This document shows, piece after piece, positions 15,705 to 48,520 of a DNA stretch of 64,000 bases. Origin of the DNA: Eledone cirrhosa (Eukaryota). The notes beneath the pieces were generated by a model, which did no database searches, was not told the origin of the DNA, and was given only the letters and a program-made list of their open reading frames with translations. The stretch is taken from positions 189,968,001 through 190,032,000 of the forward strand of contig OZ024742.1 of the NCBI GenBank assembly GCA_964016885.1, read 5' to 3'. Each line of letters opens with the position of its first letter. The stretch's first letter is position 1. Made by a program: the position numbers and the translations under genes.

Positions 15705-15746
15705 TCACCTACGTACGTTTCGCCCAGTTGGGCTTCTCAAGGGCAT
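15705..15746 (-). ncRNA. Hammerhead ribozyme variant with a U3-A8 core
   Basis: Minus strand reads gccc TTGAGAA gccc-aact-gggc GAAA cgtacGTA gg. Palindromic stem III ACGTACGT. Stem I is weak. It sits at the expected 3' pLTR position. Confidence 0.65.
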
Positions 15747-16059
15747 AAATAATCACAAGTGTTCCTTATATTGCTCGGAAAGAGTTTTGGGGGTTAAATC
15801 CACATCAAGGTTCATTGCTCGCAAAAATATCTTGTTTTGATTTTGCAGCAGGTCAAGGGAGGTAACTCTGGCCGGTGTTAGGGCAGTCTTTCCCGGACAA
15901 TTTTTTTTTTTTTTTTTTTTTGCCGCATCTGGTATGCAAGGATTGTTTCCTGGGTGTTATTTTGCAGCGGCCTGCCCGCCGGGGTGTTAAGACTTATTGC
16001 AGGGAGATCCAGTGTACTGTTTCACTCTTAATCCTTAACCCATCTGAAGAAGGATATTT

Positions 16060-18585
16060 TTAAGCGATGTGTAAACTTATCGCTGTTTCAGCTCTGCTGT
16101 TGATGAGCTCGTGGGGTGCAGTTATGATGTGGTAGAGCTCCATGAGGCAAAGATCGCATTTCCTCTTGAAGTTGTACGGTGCAGCCCTGCCGACAATCTC
16201 CCAGTGCGTGGAGAAGCTGATGTTTAAGTCCTTTAGTGATGTGATGTAGTTCGCGAGCGAAGTGGAGTGCCTTAGTTTTCTATTTGTGAAAGAGTGGAGA
16301 TGTGTTCGAAACCTAATTTTGAACGGGCCGGAGGTGGTCCCTATATAATGTTTAACGCTATTGTGGCTAGTAATAGTGCATCTATATATAACCCTATCAG
16401 TCAAGCAGTATCCTCTAAGGGGGCAGCGTCCTCTGTCGCGGCAGTTGCAATTTCTGTCGCGGTTCCGTCTATTTCCCACGGTAAGGCTATCATTGTTGCT
16501 GCCTACGTTGTTACCTACGCTACCGCAGCTGTCGTTAGCACAATTACAACCCACAGCACGCGGGGTGGTGCGATTGTTATTCCGCACGTCATGTTCTGCA
16601 CGTTCCCCAGTCATTTCGCGGTTATTCTGGTTGCGTCTACGGATGCCGTTGCCAAACCTATTGGATGCTGCCAGGGAGTTGTTAAGGCTGATATAGTTAT
16701 TGTCAGGTGTAGGTGCGTCTGTGTCGAGGTGCTGTGTCTTGGTGATCTTACTGTGGTTCGTTGTTCCTATGATGTCTGCTAGGTTAGGAGTAGTAGAGAA
16801 GGATATTTTTATATTGTTCCTATTAAGAATTTTTCTATGGTTGGGCGGGAAGTTCTTCTCTAAGGCTTCGAAGAACATCCGGGGTATGTTAGAGGCCACA
16901 CTCCGAGAGTAGGGGGGGAACCATAGGACGTTACGGTGGCGATTACGTGTCCTTGTACTTTTGCTACGGGTGGTTCCATCTAAGTGACCGCTCTTATGTG
17001 TGTTCATGCGCAGTCGCCCGTTCGGTGCCCCTTTCACTTTATGCTCGGGTTCACTCTTTCTACCTCTTCCATGTTTATGTACACGAAGATGTTGGTTGGA
17101 AGGCGTTAGTAGTAGGCCGTCGCCTTTGTTATAGGGGAATAGTTTGAGTAATCTACAGTGTTCACCGTCGCCGGGGACGTGATCTTTGGTGCGGTTATCT
17201 ATTCTATTATATCCGACTTCAACGAGGTCGCCGCGTGATCGGTTATAGGTATGGCTTACTATAACGTTAGTTTTACAAGGGGGGGGGGGGGTTTCTAGAG
17301 CTAGCGTTAGGGATGTAGGAAATTCCTCGGTTAGAGCCGGCGCTTATCAGGGCCCTATTGTAGTAATCTGCCGCTTGGTTGAAGATATCCTCATTGGCGG
17401 ATAGCCTCGAGATTCTATGTGAGATACTATAGACTATGGAGTTGAGAGTCTGCTTAGGGTGGTTGGAGGCATAATTAATATAAGAGAGGCACTCTCTATG
17501 CTTATGGTATGGCTTGTATAAGCCCGTACTCAACTCCAGGGTCACGTCCAGGAAGTTGACAACCCTGTGGTTGAAGTCCATAGTTACGGATAGGCCGTAT
17601 GACTTAAAGAACCTGTGTATATGTTTGTTAAGGTTCTCTATCCTAACGGTAAACAGGGCGTCGTCCCTATATACACCTCCTTGTAGGGCCGGTATTTCTT
17701 CCCTAAGCTTATGTAGGAGGTATATCCCGACCAGGTCAGTTGCTTGCGCTGGGTCACTGGACCCCATCGTGACATCGAAGTTATCAGGACGGTTGGTTCT
17801 GGTCCAGTGGGAGCCTTCGAACTGGATAATGGTTCTACGTGCCGCTAGAATTATGTCTATTTCTTTTTTAGTGAGGCTAGTGTTAGATCTAGCTAAGATA
17901 AGTGCCTTATTTAAGAGTATGGGGGAGATAGAGGCGTAGTAACTAACTATATCAAACTGGATGAATTTCAGGGTGGCTTTATCCGGCAACTCGGTGAACC
18001 AATTTATGACCTGGTCGGTGTTGCCCCAGAGGCAGACATTAGCCTTTCTATTAAACTCCAGTAGTACTCTGTCGAGGATCACTTTACTAATCTTACCTAT
18101 ATCTGATGTAGAGGGGCATATTAGTCTAATAGAGGGGCTTTCATTAAAGTCATATTTGTGATCCTTAAGAGAGAATTTAGGCGTCAGAGGGACGTATGGG
18201 TTAGTGTACTTTTCTAATTCTAAGCTGGTGACTATATCCTTCCCTACTCTATTTATGTCATTTAGGGTACTAGAGGGTGTTTTTGTGTAGTTCCTTATAG
18301 ATGAATTTGTTATACTCACTCGCGTCCATCTTGTACAGCTTTTTGGTTTTGTCGGAGTTGTCGAAGAGGTGCGGGTCATTCTTGATCTTAGTTATTAGTG
18401 TATCAAGGGACGTTAAGAATGGATTGCTGCATTGGTGTTTCTTTCTGAGCTTAACGTTTTTGGTCATTTTCAGCAGGTCCTCTTCAAAGGAGTCCAGTAA
18501 GTAGTTGTGCTGTGGGTTTCTGTATGTTTTGAAGCCATACCTGTCTTTGGGTTCAGGAAGGTTACGCTACTTGGCAAATAACTAT
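16060..18585 (-). pseudogene. PLE RT + GIY-YIG, disrupted
   Basis: ORFs 18270-18467, 17273-18379 and 16060-17037. One break falls at the G run near 17279-17291. Confidence 0.88.
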
Positions 18586-18634
18586 ATGTATCACCTATCC
18601 CCCCTTTTTTTCCTCTTTCTCGATACGTAAATAC

Positions 18635-20559
<1,925 letters not shown>

Positions 20560-20582
20560 AATATATATATAAATATATATTT

Positions 20583-20649
<67 letters not shown>

Positions 20650-20724
20650 AATATATATATTTATATATATATATATATATATATATAAATATATATATAT
20701 ATAAATATATATATGTATATATAA

Positions 20725-20791
<67 letters not shown>

Positions 20792-20814
20792 TATATAAAT
20801 ATATATATATATAA

Positions 20815-20939
<125 letters not shown>

Positions 20940-20940
20940 C

Positions 20941-20993
<53 letters not shown>

Positions 20994-21042
20994 AATATAT
21001 ATATAAATATATATATATAAATATATATATATATAAATATAT

Positions 21043-21619
21043 AAGTTGAAATAAAATGAAAACGAAATTTCATTTCTCACTCTTAGTACGGCACTTACTT
21101 AAATGTAAGTATGTGTGTATACGTACATACATATATGTATACAGACGTACAGTAGCATGCATATATATATATACATATATACATACAGGTACACATACAT
21201 ATATGCACGTATCAGTTTAGCGGACGCTTATTATAACGCCGCTTTGTTCGTTTGTAAACAAACTGAACAGCCTGAATTTTTATGCCGTACGGTGTTAAGG
21301 CAGCCACGTCACCTTTTTGTTCAACACTGACACGGGAACGATGTACTAGTTTCAAGCTTGTTAGCTATCATCAGCACCGTATACCGATCTGCCAGATAGT
21401 TGAACGTTCGAAAGTATATACTTTCCTTATGAAAATTAACGGCTGAGCAGCCTAATTTGCATATCGAGTGAGCTAAGTCGGTCAGGCATACCGAAAACGA
21501 TAAGTTGAAATAAAATGAAAACGAAATTTCATTTCTCACTCTTAGTACGGCACTTACTTAAATGTAAGTATGTGTGTATACGTACATACATATATGTATA
21601 CAGACGTACAGTAGCATGC

Positions 21620-21652
<33 letters not shown>

Positions 21653-22796
21653 TACATACAGGTACACATACATATATGCACGTATCAGTTTAGCAGACGC
21701 TTATTATAACGCCGCTTTGTTCGTTTGTAAACAAACTGAACAGCCTGAATTTTTATGCCGTACGGTGTTAAGGCAACCACGTCACCTTTTTATTCAACAC
21801 TGACACAGGAACGATGTACTAGTTTCAAGCTTGTTAGCTATCATCAGCACCGTATACCATCTGCCAGATAGTTGAACGTTCGAATGCATGCTACTGTACG
21901 TCTGTATACATATATGTATGTACGTATACATACATAGTTACATTTACGTAAGTGCCGTACTAAGAGTGAGAAATGAAATTTCGTTTTCATTTTATTCCAA
22001 CTTATCGTTTTCGGTATGCCTGACCGACTTAGCTCACTCGATATGCAAATTAGGCTGCTCAGCCGTTAATTTTCATAAGGAAATTATATACTTTCGAACG
22101 TTCAACTATCTGGCAGATGGGTATACGGTGCTGATGATAGCTAACAAGCTTGAAACTAGTACATCGTTCCTGTGTCAGTGTTGAACAAAAAGGTGACGTA
22201 GTTGCCTTAACACCGTACGGCATAAAAATTCAGGCTGTTCAGTTTGTTTACAAACGAACAAAGCGGCGTTATAATAAGCGTCCGCTAAACTGATACGTGC
22301 ATATATGTATGTGTACCTGTATGTACCTGTATGTATATATATATATATATATATATGCATGCTACTGTACGTCTGTATACATATATGTATGTACGTATAC
22401 ACACATACTTACTTTTAAGTAAGTGCCGTACTAAGAGTGAGAAATGAAATTTCGTTTTCATTTTATTTCAACTTATCGTTTTCGGTATGCCTGACCGACT
22501 TAGCTCACTCGATATGCAAATTAGGCTGCTCAGCCATTAATTTTCATAAGGAAAGTATATACTTTCGAACGTTCAACTATCTGGCAGATGGGTATACGGT
22601 GCTAATGATAGCTAACAAGCTTGAAACTAGTACATCGTTCCTGTGTCAATGTTGAACAAAAAGGTGACGTGGTTGCCTTAACACCGTACGGCATAAAAAT
22701 TCAGGCTGTTCAGTTTGTTTACAAACGAACAAAGCGGCGTTATAATAAGCGTCCGCTAAACTGATACGTGCATATATGTATGTGTACCTGTATGTA

Positions 22797-22829
<33 letters not shown>

Positions 22830-23258
22830 GCATGCTACTGTACGTCTGTATACATATATGTATGTACGTATACACACATACTTACATTTAAGTAAGTGCC
22901 GTACTAAGAGTGAGAAATGAAATTTCGTTTTCATTTTATTACAACTTATCGTTTTCGGTATGCCTGACCGACTTAGCTCACTCGATATGCAAATTTGGCT
23001 GCTCAGCCGTTAATTTTCATAAGGAAATTATATACTTTCGAACGTTCAACTATCTGGCAGATGGGTATACGGTGCTGATGATAGCTAACAAGCTTGAAAC
23101 TAGTACATCGTTCCTGTGTCAGTGTTGAATAAAAAGGTGACGTGATTGCCTTAACACCGTACGGCATAAAAATTCAGGCTGTTCAGTTTGTTTACAAACG
23201 AACAAAGCGGCGTTATAATAAGCGTCCGCTAAACTGATACGTGCATATATGTATGTGT
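21043..23258. mobile_element. Retrozyme-like family A: ~473-bp HHR tandem units, ~1.8 on the minus strand then ~2.9 on the plus strand
   Basis: Period 471-473. Orientation switches at ~21884. One HHR per unit: minus 21339-21379 and 21812-21852; plus 22126-22166, 22597-22637 and 23070-23110. Confidence 0.85.
22126..22166 (+). ncRNA. Minimal type I HHR of family A (representative copy)
   Basis: cggtg CTGATGA tagc-taacaa-gctt GAAA ctaGTA catcg. Palindromic stem III ACTAGT. U-U at the base of stem II. Confidence 0.85.
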
Positions 23259-23807
23259 ACTGGTTACTTTACTGTGAGTATCCAGCTATTCTGTATGTAA
23301 ACACACAGACAAACCGGTTTTTAGAGTCATACTGGTTTTTGAGGAAACACCTTTCCTCTATTCTACAGAAAGCCAGACAAGGAATATTGAACTAGTTTCG
23401 TTGTTGTTACAACTCATCAGCAATATTTACCTATCTACCGGCCTTTCTGGAGAATCGTAAAAGCACATATCGTTATATGCTTTTTCTATGAAAATTAGTA
23501 GTGGGCAGACTAATTTGCATAGAGTGTGAGTACGTACCGGTTCAACGGAGACGATAAAAACAAATAACGAAACGAAATTAAATTTCGTTTCGTTTGTAAC
23601 TCACTTTTGTATGACTGACGCTTAAACAATTAAGTTAAAAATGTATATCCACCGGTTTGTCTGTGTGTTTACATACAGAATAGCTGGATACTCACAGTAA
23701 AGTAACCAGTGAAAGACTTGTACATCTACATATGTATACGTGTGTGTATTCATATGCATACTAGTATTTCAGTATACATATATGGATGTACATTTTTAAC
23801 CTAATTG
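23259..23807 (-). mobile_element. Retrozyme-like family B element with an inverted arm (23651-23807)
   Basis: 23259-23317 is inverted against 23651-23710, and the arm end matches 23627-23650, implying a circularly permuted ~470-bp unit. HHR inside. Confidence 0.8.
23384..23426 (-). ncRNA. Minimal type I HHR, family B (duplicate at 36881-36923)
   Basis: atattg CTGATGA gttg-taacaa-caac GAAA ctaGTT caatat. Confidence 0.9.
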
Positions 23808-27490
<3,683 letters not shown>

Positions 27491-27491
27491 A

Positions 27492-27935
27492 TGGAAAGTT
27501 ATATTTAAAATTGTTGGGTTACAACTAGTAAATATTTATAACTGGTATAAAAGCACTCGACAAATATTTGGAGTATATTTACAATATTAAATAAATGGAA
27601 AACTATATTTATAAAACCATATTTATTTCATTATATATATTTCGGGGATATCATATTAACAATATGCTATGCCTTCATCAGACAAAATACAATATAAACA
27701 GTTTTATAGACAAATAGGTTCGACATACCGTTATAACACCGACTTCATTTGAAGAGGTTTACTCTGGCTGTGAAAAAATTTTACACAGAGAGAAAGAAAA
27801 AGAGAGAAAACAGAAAGAAAGACAGAAAACGAAGAAAAGGAAGGAAAAGAAGAGAAAGAGGAAATGCATGGAACAAAATAGAGAGATGGAAAGATAGATA
27901 AAGCGAAGAACTTCATGTAAAGAAACAGAAAGAGA
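27492..27935 (-). mobile_element. 5'-truncated PLE-like 3' end with HHR and a pyrimidine-rich tract (duplicate at ~40977-41420)
   Basis: HHR on the minus strand, CT-rich upstream region, TA on both sides. Confidence 0.65.
27626..27687 (-). ncRNA. Type I HHR with a long imperfect stem II (duplicate at 41111-41172)
   Basis: ttttgt CTGATGA aggcatagcatatt-gtt-aatatgatatcccc GAAA tatatATA atgaaa. Stem III is the palindrome ATATATAT. Confidence 0.7.
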
Positions 27936-27969
27936 TATATATATATATAGAGAGAGGAAATAGAGATAG

Positions 27970-30194
<2,225 letters not shown>

Positions 30195-30328
30195 TAGATA
30201 AATCTACCAAGAGTTTACGGTAGTGTCCAATCCGTATGAAGAACTCAATGTATTCCGGATATCATGGAAAGAAGAGATGTAATGAAAATCCAATTTCGGT
30301 GAAAGATAAACGGTATACAGAGTCAAGA
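30195..30328. repeat. Terminal remnant of the repeat family also seen at 60320-60450 (duplicate at 43118-43252)
   Basis: Shared gataaatctaccaa..tacggtagtgtccaatccgtatgaagaactcaatgta..cagagtcaagata. Confidence 0.75.
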
Positions 30329-30343
30329 TATATATATATAAAT

Positions 30344-30418
<75 letters not shown>

Positions 30419-30447
30419 TATATATATAAATATATATATATATAAAT

Positions 30448-30482
<35 letters not shown>

Positions 30483-30499
30483 AATATATATATATAAAT

Positions 30500-30532
<33 letters not shown>

Positions 30533-30545
30533 AATATATATATAT

Positions 30546-31208
30546 AAAAACAAATAACGAAACGAAATTAAATTTCGTTTCGCTTCTAACTCACTTTTGT
30601 ATGACTGACGCTTAAACAATTAAGTTAAAGTGTACATCTACATATGTATACGGAAGTATTAGTATGCATATAAATACACACATGTATACATATGTACATG
30701 TACTCAGCTTTTCACTAGACACTTTACAGTGAGTGTCAGCTAGTCTGTATGTAACCACACAGAAGGACCGGGTTTTAGAGTCATACGGGTTTTCAAGGAA
30801 ACACATTTCCTCTATTCTCCAGAGGGCCAGACAGGAATATTGGACTAGTTTCGATGTTATTACATCTCATCAGCAATATTTACCCATCTTCCGGCTTCTC
30901 TGGAGAATTGTAAAAGCACATATCGTTATATGCTTTTTCTATGAAAATTAGTAGTGGGTAGACTAATTTGCATAGAACGTGAGTCATTGTACGCACCGGT
31001 TCAGCGGAAACGATAAAAACAAATAACGAAACGAAATATATATATTTATATATAATATAAGACTGTGTGGTTACATACAGACTAGCTGACACTCACTGTA
31101 AAGTGTCTAGTCAAAAGCTGAGTACATGTACATATGTATACATGTGTGTATTTATATGCATACTAATACTTCCGTATACATATGTAGATGTACACTTTAA
31201 CTTAATTG
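30546..31208 (-). mobile_element. Retrozyme-like family B' element: one 469-bp unit with terminal redundancy plus an inverted arm (31063-31208) (duplicate at 43467-44129)
   Basis: aaaaacaaataacgaaacgaaat at 30546 and 31015. The arm is the reverse complement of ~30617-30762. 71-nt unpaired tail. Confidence 0.85.
30837..30879 (-). ncRNA. Minimal type I HHR, family B' (duplicate at 43758-43800)
   Basis: atattg CTGATGA gatg-taataa-catc GAAA ctaGTC caatat. Fully canonical. Confidence 0.92.
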
Positions 31209-31375
31209 TATATATATATATATAAATATATATGTAAATAAATATATATATAAATATATAAATATATATATATAAATATATATATATAAATATATAAATA
31301 TATATATATAAATATATATATATAAATATATAAATATATATATATAAATATATATATATAAATATATATATATAA

Positions 31376-31464
<89 letters not shown>

Positions 31465-31478
31465 ATATATATATATAA

Positions 31479-31640
<162 letters not shown>

Positions 31641-31703
31641 AATATATATATATATAAATATATATATAAATATATATATATATAAATATATATATATATA
31701 AAT

Positions 31704-31742
<39 letters not shown>

Positions 31743-31785
31743 AATATATATATAAATATATATATATATAAATATATATATAAAT

Positions 31786-32089
<304 letters not shown>

Positions 32090-32120
32090 TTATATATATA
32101 TATATAAATATATATATATA

Positions 32121-35100
32121 TGAATATAGATATAGAATATTCGAAAATATTCTGTATGTTTATAATAAACATTTTGAAGACCTAATCGCTATAGAATAGA
32201 ATACGTCACGTATTACAATTAGATTCTCGATAAAAGCAAGGGAAGTAATCTACGCGTTTCATTCTTGTTAGAATTCATCAGGACTACATATCCAGTGCTT
32301 TTATCGAGAATGACACAGCTAGAGACTTATAGAATACTTAGCTGTGTACAGGAACTGGTTTGAAAGAGCGGTTGCCGGTCCGGCAGAAATTAGAAATTGG
32401 AATAAATGCTCTGAAATAGCGATATATATGTGAATATAGATATAGAATATTCGAAAATATTCTGTATGTTTATAATAAACATTTTGAAGACCTAATCGCT
32501 ATAGAATAGAATACGTCACGTATTACAATTAGATTCTCGATAAAAGCAAGGGAAGTAATCTACGCGTTTCATTCTTGTTAGAATTCATCAGGACTACATA
32601 TCCAGTGCTTTTATCGAGAATGACACAGCTAGAGACTTATAGAATACTTAGCTGTGTACAGGAACTGGTTTGAAAGAGCGGTTGCCGGTCCGGCAGAAAT
32701 TACAAATTGGAATAAATGCTCTGAAATAGCGATATATATGTGAATATAGATATAGAATATTCGAAAATATTCTGTATGTTTATAATAAACATTTTGAAGA
32801 CCTAATCGCTATAGAATAGAATACGTCACGTATTACAATTAGATTCTCGATAAAAGCAAGGGAAGTAATCTACGCGTTTCATTCTTGTTAGAATTCATCA
32901 GGACTACATATCCAGTGCTTTTATCGAGAATGACACAGCTAGAGACTTATAGAATACTTAGCTGTGTACAGGAACTGGTTTGAAAGAGCGGTTGCCGGTC
33001 CGGCAGAAATTAGAAATTGGAATAAATGCTCTGAAATAGCGATATATATGTGAATATAGATATAGAATATTCGAAAATATTCTGTATGTTTATAATAAAC
33101 ATTTGAAGACCTAATCGCTATAGAATAGAATACGTCACGTATTACAATTAGATTCTCGATAAAAGCAAGGGAAGTAATCTACGCGTTTCATTCTTGTTAG
33201 AATTCATCAGGACTACATATCCAGTGCTTTTATCGAGAATGACACAGCTAGAGACTTATAGAATACTTAGCTGTGTACAGGAACTGGTTTGAAAGAGCGG
33301 TTGCCGGTCCGGCAGAAATTAGAAATTGGAATAAATGCTCTGAAATAGCGATATATATGTGAATATAGATATAGAATATTCGAAAATATTCTGTATGTTT
33401 ATAATAAACATTTTGAAGACCTAATCGCTATAGAATAGAATACGTCACGTATTACAATTAGATTCTCGATAAAAGCAAGGGAAGTAATCTACGCGTTTCA
33501 TTCTTGTTAGAATTCATCAGGACTACATATCCAGTGCTTTTATCGAGAATGACACAGCTAGAGACTTATAGAATACTTAGCTGTGTACAGGAACTGGTTT
33601 GAAAGAGCGGTTGCCGGTCCGGCAGAAATTAGAAATTGGAATAAATGCTCTGAAATAGCGATATATATGTGAATATAGATATAGAATATTCGAAAATATT
33701 CTGTATGTTTATAATAAACATTTTGAAGACCTAATCGCTATAGAATAGAATACGTCACGTATTACAATTAGATTCTCGATAAAAGCAAGGGAAGTAATCT
33801 ACGCGTTTCATTCTTGTTAGAATTCATCAGGACTACATATCCAGTGCTTTTATCGAGAATGACACAGCTAGAGACTTATAGAATACTTAGCTGTGTACAG
33901 GAACTGGTTTGAAAGAGCGGTTGCCGGTCCGGCAGAAATTAGAAATTGGAATAAATGCTCTGAAATAGCGATATATATGTGAATATAGATATAGAATATT
34001 CGAAAATATTCTGTATGTTTATAATAAACATTTTGAAGACCTAATCGCTATAGAATAGAATACGTCACGTATTACAATTAGATTCTCGATAAAAGCAAGG
34101 GAAGTAATCTACGCGTTTCATTCTTGTTAGAATTCATCAGGACTACATATCCAGTGCTTTTATCGAGAATGACACAGCTAGAGACTTATAGAATACTTAG
34201 CTGTGTACAGGAACTGGTTTGAAAGAGCGGTTGCCGGTCCGGCAGAAATTAGAAATTGGAATAAATGCTCTGAAATAGCGATATATATGTGAATATAGAT
34301 ATAGAATATTCGAAAATATTCTGTATGTTTATAATAAACATTTTGAAGACCTAATCGCTATAGAATAGAATACGTCACGTATTACAATTAGATTCTCGAT
34401 AAAAGCAAGGGAAGTAATCTACGCGTTTCATTCTTGTTAGAATTCATCAGGACTACATATCCAGTGCTTTTATCGAGAATGACACAGCTAGAGACTTATA
34501 GAATACTTAGCTGTGTACAGGAACTGGTTTGAAAGAGCGGTTGCCGGTCCGGCAGAAATTAGAAATTGGAATAAATGCTCTGAAATAGCGATATATATGT
34601 GAATATAGATATAGAATATTCGAAAATATTCTGTATGTTTATAATAAACATTTTGAAGACCTAATCGCTATAGAATAGAATACGTCACGTATTACAATTA
34701 GATTCTCGATAAAAGCAAGGGAAGTAATCTACGCGTTTCATTCTTGTTAGAATTCATCAGGACTACATATCCAGTGCTTTTATCGAGAATGACACAGCTA
34801 GAGACTTATAGAATACTTAGCTGTGTACAGGAACTGGTTTGAAAGAGCGGTTGCCGGTCCGGCAGAAATTAGAAATTGGAATAAATGCTCTGAAATAGCG
34901 ATATATATGTGAATATAGATATAGAATATTCGAAAATATTCTGTATGTTTATAATAAACATTTTGAAGACCTAATCGCTATAGAATAGAATACGTCACGT
35001 ATTACAATTAGATTCTCGATAAAAGCAAGGGAAGTAATCTACGCGTTTCATTCTTGTTAGAATTCATCAGGACTACATATCCAGTGCTTTTATCGAGAAT

Positions 35101-35603
35101 GACACAGCTAGAGACTTATAGAATACTTAGCTGTGTACAGGAACTGGTTTGAAAGAGCGGTTGCCGGTCCGGCAGAAATTAGAAATTGGAATAAATGCTC
35201 TGAAATAGCGATATATATGTGAATATAGATATAGAATATTCGAAAATATTCTGTATGTTTATAATAAACATTTTGAAGACCTAATCGCTATACGAATAGA
35301 ATACGTCACGTATTACAATTAGATTCTCGATAAAAGCAAGGGAAGTAATCTACGCGTTTCATTCTTGTTAGAATTCATCAGGACTACATATCCAGTGCTT
35401 TTATCGAGAATGACACAGCTAGAGACTTATAGAATACTTAGCTGTGTACAGGAACTGGTTTGAAAGAGCGGTTGCCGGTCCGGCAGAAATTAGAAATTGG
35501 AATAAATGCTCTGAAATAGCGAATATATATGTGAATATAGATATAGAATATTCGAAAATATTCTGTATGTTTATAATAAACATTTTGAAGACCCTAATCG
35601 CTA
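32121..35603 (-). repeat. 310-bp HHR-containing tandem array, ~11.2 units, ending at the gap
   Basis: Same unit and same start as the array at 45041. Confidence 0.95.
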
Positions 35604-35803
35604 NNNNNNNNNNNNNNNNNNNNNNNNNNNNNNNNNNNNNNNNNNNNNNNNNNNNNNNNNNNNNNNNNNNNNNNNNNNNNNNNNNNNNNNNNNNNNNNNN
35701 NNNNNNNNNNNNNNNNNNNNNNNNNNNNNNNNNNNNNNNNNNNNNNNNNNNNNNNNNNNNNNNNNNNNNNNNNNNNNNNNNNNNNNNNNNNNNNNNNNNN
35801 NNN
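35604..35803. other. Assembly gap (200 N)
   Basis: Run of N. Confidence 1.

Positions 35804-48520
<12,717 letters not shown>

Larger units (their letters stand above)
15648..18634 (-). mobile_element. Penelope-like element 3 (Naiad-type), frameshifted, with an N-terminal deletion
   Basis: YGFKTY, FIQFDI, FDVTMGSSD, GVYRDD, VNFLDV, WFPPYS, CNCRDRGRCPLRGYCL, VIY..HYIG and CDLCLME. 3' UTR with an HHR variant. TA on both sides. Confidence 0.92.
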
